Below are positions 62,601 to 64,000 of a stretch of 64,000 nt of DNA, piece after piece. The DNA lies in IMG/VR virus record IMGVR_UViG_3300022188_000007, positions 64,001 to 128,000 of that record; one strand, 5' to 3'. Below the pieces are notes generated by a model. The model had not been told where the DNA came from. It did not search any database and worked only from the letters and a program-made list of their open reading frames with translations. Origin of the DNA: a virus. The translations under genes and the position numbers were made by a program. Position 1 is the stretch's first letter. Each line of letters starts with the position of its first letter.

Positions 62601-64000
62601 TAGTAGATATTCCTACCAGTTTATTTAAACAAGATGACATATTGTCCTGGGTCAGGTTTGACTCAGAAGATTCTACTATTAATGCTGAAATAGGTCCAGG
62701 AGCTATAGTACGTAAAAATCCAGACTATCCTTTATATATGGCTGATGGTCAAATAGCGAATAATTGTATTGCTTATTATTTAAAAAATATGATTGATAAT
62801 AAACCATCATATCAATTTATAAATAATTACAAATGGACTTTTTACAAAACATTACACCATAATGAAGATGTAGCTTATACTAATGACCCTACAGGAAAAC
62901 AGTACTCTGTTTCATTCGATAAAGTATCTAGTAAATATTGGAAGTTAGGGGTTTTTGACACAGGTCGTTATGAATTAAATAGTTTTAAATTATATAATGG
63001 CCTTAGTTTATTAGATAATTATAATATATATATTCAAGCACGTACTGATTTTTTTAGTGGTAAATTTAAAACTTCTATTGACCCTATTACAGGCAACATA
63101 CTTCCAGTAAGTGTGGTAGAGGATGATTTTTCTAACAGTACTTATTTAGATTATTGGGATTATGACTTCGGGCTTAATCCCGGGAATAATAATCTTGTAG
63201 AGGCATATGATAGTATATTTCCTTATTTAGATGGGTGGGGCATGGCAGCAATAAATAAAACCTTTTGGCCAGGTGCCCTTAGTTTCAGTGTGGACATACA
63301 TTTTAAATTTGGGCTACCTAGTAGTTTAAAATACACTGTGGAGCTACTAGATGAAGATGAAAGAGTTTTGTTTACTATGGAATTAACCGGCCAAGGAGAT
63401 GATACAGCTACTTTAGATATTTGGGCAACATACCCAATTAGTCAAGAGATGAAACACTTACAGTATTGGGGCACCGACCCCATGTTATATGCTGGAGGGC
63501 AATCAATCACAAACCCAGATTCAAAAGATTTAATATTTAGTGTAGAAAAAGTTGGTAATACTTTTTCTTATATTTCCTTAGACACTGTTGATGGTGCTAA
63601 TATTTTTAATACTACATCTCAACTTTCATTCCCTGATAGGGTTAGCAAGTTAAATATACGTTATGAAAACATGTCTTCAGATGAATATTATACTCAAACT
63701 ACTAAAGTAAGTACCAGTAGTGTGGTTGTTCAAGCACTCCCTTATCTAAGTGCGCAAGAATTTATAGCTTTTGATTTTAATGATAGTGAACCTGTCGATA
63801 AATTTGAAATAGTACATACTCAATCTGAGTTGTTGAAACCAGCTATTTTGATAGGCAACTTGGATAAGGATGACTATATATTCTGGGCATATAGTTTTGC
63901 TAAGACTGGAGATTTGACACCTGTTAGCCGTAGTATATATAGTAATAATGGTTTTTATAACTCAGGTAACAATGCTCTTGATTCAAACCCCTGGAATCTT
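59645..64000 (+). CDS. 3'-truncated large virion protein (>1452 aa) with CBM/discoidin-like domains; missing from the ORF track
   Basis: AAGGAG at 59631 and TTG at 59645 (MKTNYNLLKDAY...). The frame reads open at both ends and the track lists no terminated ORF in it. 'DQWYSYIINTGESQYWQGDINNVRIYP' and 'VSSKYWKLGV' are jelly-roll-like. Confidence 0.8.
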   Translation, partial: MKTNYNLLKDAYSIKNISTCQYDSLHGYVSDFSKNGDVDGWDIYSNICLYGVWDTVLFGTSLDRECYISRTNIFIPIPAESYHIMKVTMKLTLPDDLPEQFIPTKGRLMWQTVADPSWSEQKSIDFDLIVNDQWYSYIINTGESQYWQGDINNVRIYPFTDGKPEIRFTIKAINIDSTDYFQCINTQCDYYSKYSHPCEGIGKRASITSGIPKETFTTVSGLNDKLLLNIDGYGDQQINLGNFTNITGSDMAKVLVNRISLVDVGQYTYVESTFDYTQNTLIIHSGSSTEGGTISIGGPAAEILGFFNELGEDVSVETIGKSPASGFDYSASRRLKGFEINALIDSDEEHTAYYHNPNQYTVEAGRSDFIDSMSSSHAPRPIDIDYYKEIDGNNKLIIDGSHPVNDSGRLTLIKVNGTRCKDVDENMFVSSRFSSSFSKVVLLRTYRMTDVETSFVQIIYTATIEDPEKGAVHTSDDVTYSIEVDWLVNKGDLIGFYNFNVLCPHSMQQRQPNAVYFEVAGMPEGKFSIGKPAAKGVIGLSFYARSSRIQENIQLEIDLGRRANIADLHVHGEELKTDYEYNVAACLDVTWEVNLHNDTHWHDVNHCYTGVVGRKVEHRNKAYGLECLDDCITTPDNGQQGSTYTSNSHGGSLHWDGSNYIQNDDPDTYSGLVTIGEHSYFYVNGDGEWNSAECGATGDEDAAYRYMEFQSPWTTGEPYDYEFDPLTFTLLFPPGRQVKIHKTAIYFKESNNFKHLSLSYYLGEFGGNGDAEEIHWKYVPTFTSVDLDGTMLYEGLTDGERRSQQYDDIYFSNPWPWGKPEYVNGVCTNWDIYQTLMNERMNTLKHYFEPVECYGFRYHNEWHKSTKITEIEVFSYLYIEPSLLDNVSMYSSVYSNEWHELSFTADEDDDEKITAHVSGSPRYFKLEIKSQDIFKLKELNATISMEYIKDLDCYNTISADYAPKGIVTESKELIIENTYDIPLNLIVDIPTSLFKQDDILSWVRFDSEDSTINAEIGPGAIVRKNPDYPLYMADGQIANNCIAYYLKNMIDNKPSYQFINNYKWTFYKTLHHNEDVAYTNDPTGKQYSVSFDKVSSKYWKLGVFDTGRYELNSFKLYNGLSLLDNYNIYIQARTDFFSGKFKTSIDPITGNILPVSVVEDDFSNSTYLDYWDYDFGLNPGNNNLVEAYDSIFPYLDGWGMAAINKTFWPGALSFSVDIHFKFGLPSSLKYTVELLDEDERVLFTMELTGQGDDTATLDIWATYPISQEMKHLQYWGTDPMLYAGGQSITNPDSKDLIFSVEKVGNTFSYISLDTVDGANIFNTTSQLSFPDRVSKLNIRYENMSSDEYYTQTTKVSTSSVVVQALPYLSAQEFIAFDFNDSEPVDKFEIVHTQSELLKPAILIGNLDKDDYIFWAYSFAKTGDLTPVSRSIYSNNGFYNSGNNALDSNPWNL

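Overview
This window is an AT-rich, gene-dense virion morphogenesis module of a large (probably jumbo) tailed phage. All credible genes are on the + strand, use genetic code 11 and mostly have strong AGGAG/GGAGG Shine-Dalgarno sites. The order is: neck/head-completion genes interrupted by a free-standing HNH endonuclease, tail terminator, major tail tube protein with a duplicated tube fold, two tail-assembly-chaperone-position genes, a 7801-aa tape measure protein (TMP), tail-tip genes, then a long run of Ig-like, carbohydrate-binding and Cys-rich accessory virion proteins. No sheath gene is seen, so it is probably a siphovirus. The main finding is that the 23.4-kb TMP gene encodes a multidomain protein. 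Its N-terminal half carries a collinear beta+beta' (two-barrel) RNA polymerase with intact catalytic motifs (FED, K-x7-K, RFP, NLDFDGD). This is followed by a RecB-like PD-(D/E)xK nuclease, then the TP901-type tape-measure core, a series of (F/Y)xxGG-delimited C-terminal segments and an 18-copy VEDK heptad repeat. It looks like a tail-packaged, injected transcription and nuclease machine; Thermus phage P23-45 gp96 is a precedent for a TMP-fused virion RNAP. Other findings are a degenerate ComD/ComE-like TPP-enzyme pair among tail genes, an internally deleted mini-HNH, a candidate phage promoter motif (AAGTAACCTAAT-N4-TATAG) and an unlisted >1452-aa ORF running off the right end. All assignments come from by-eye motif recognition and synteny; no searches were run.
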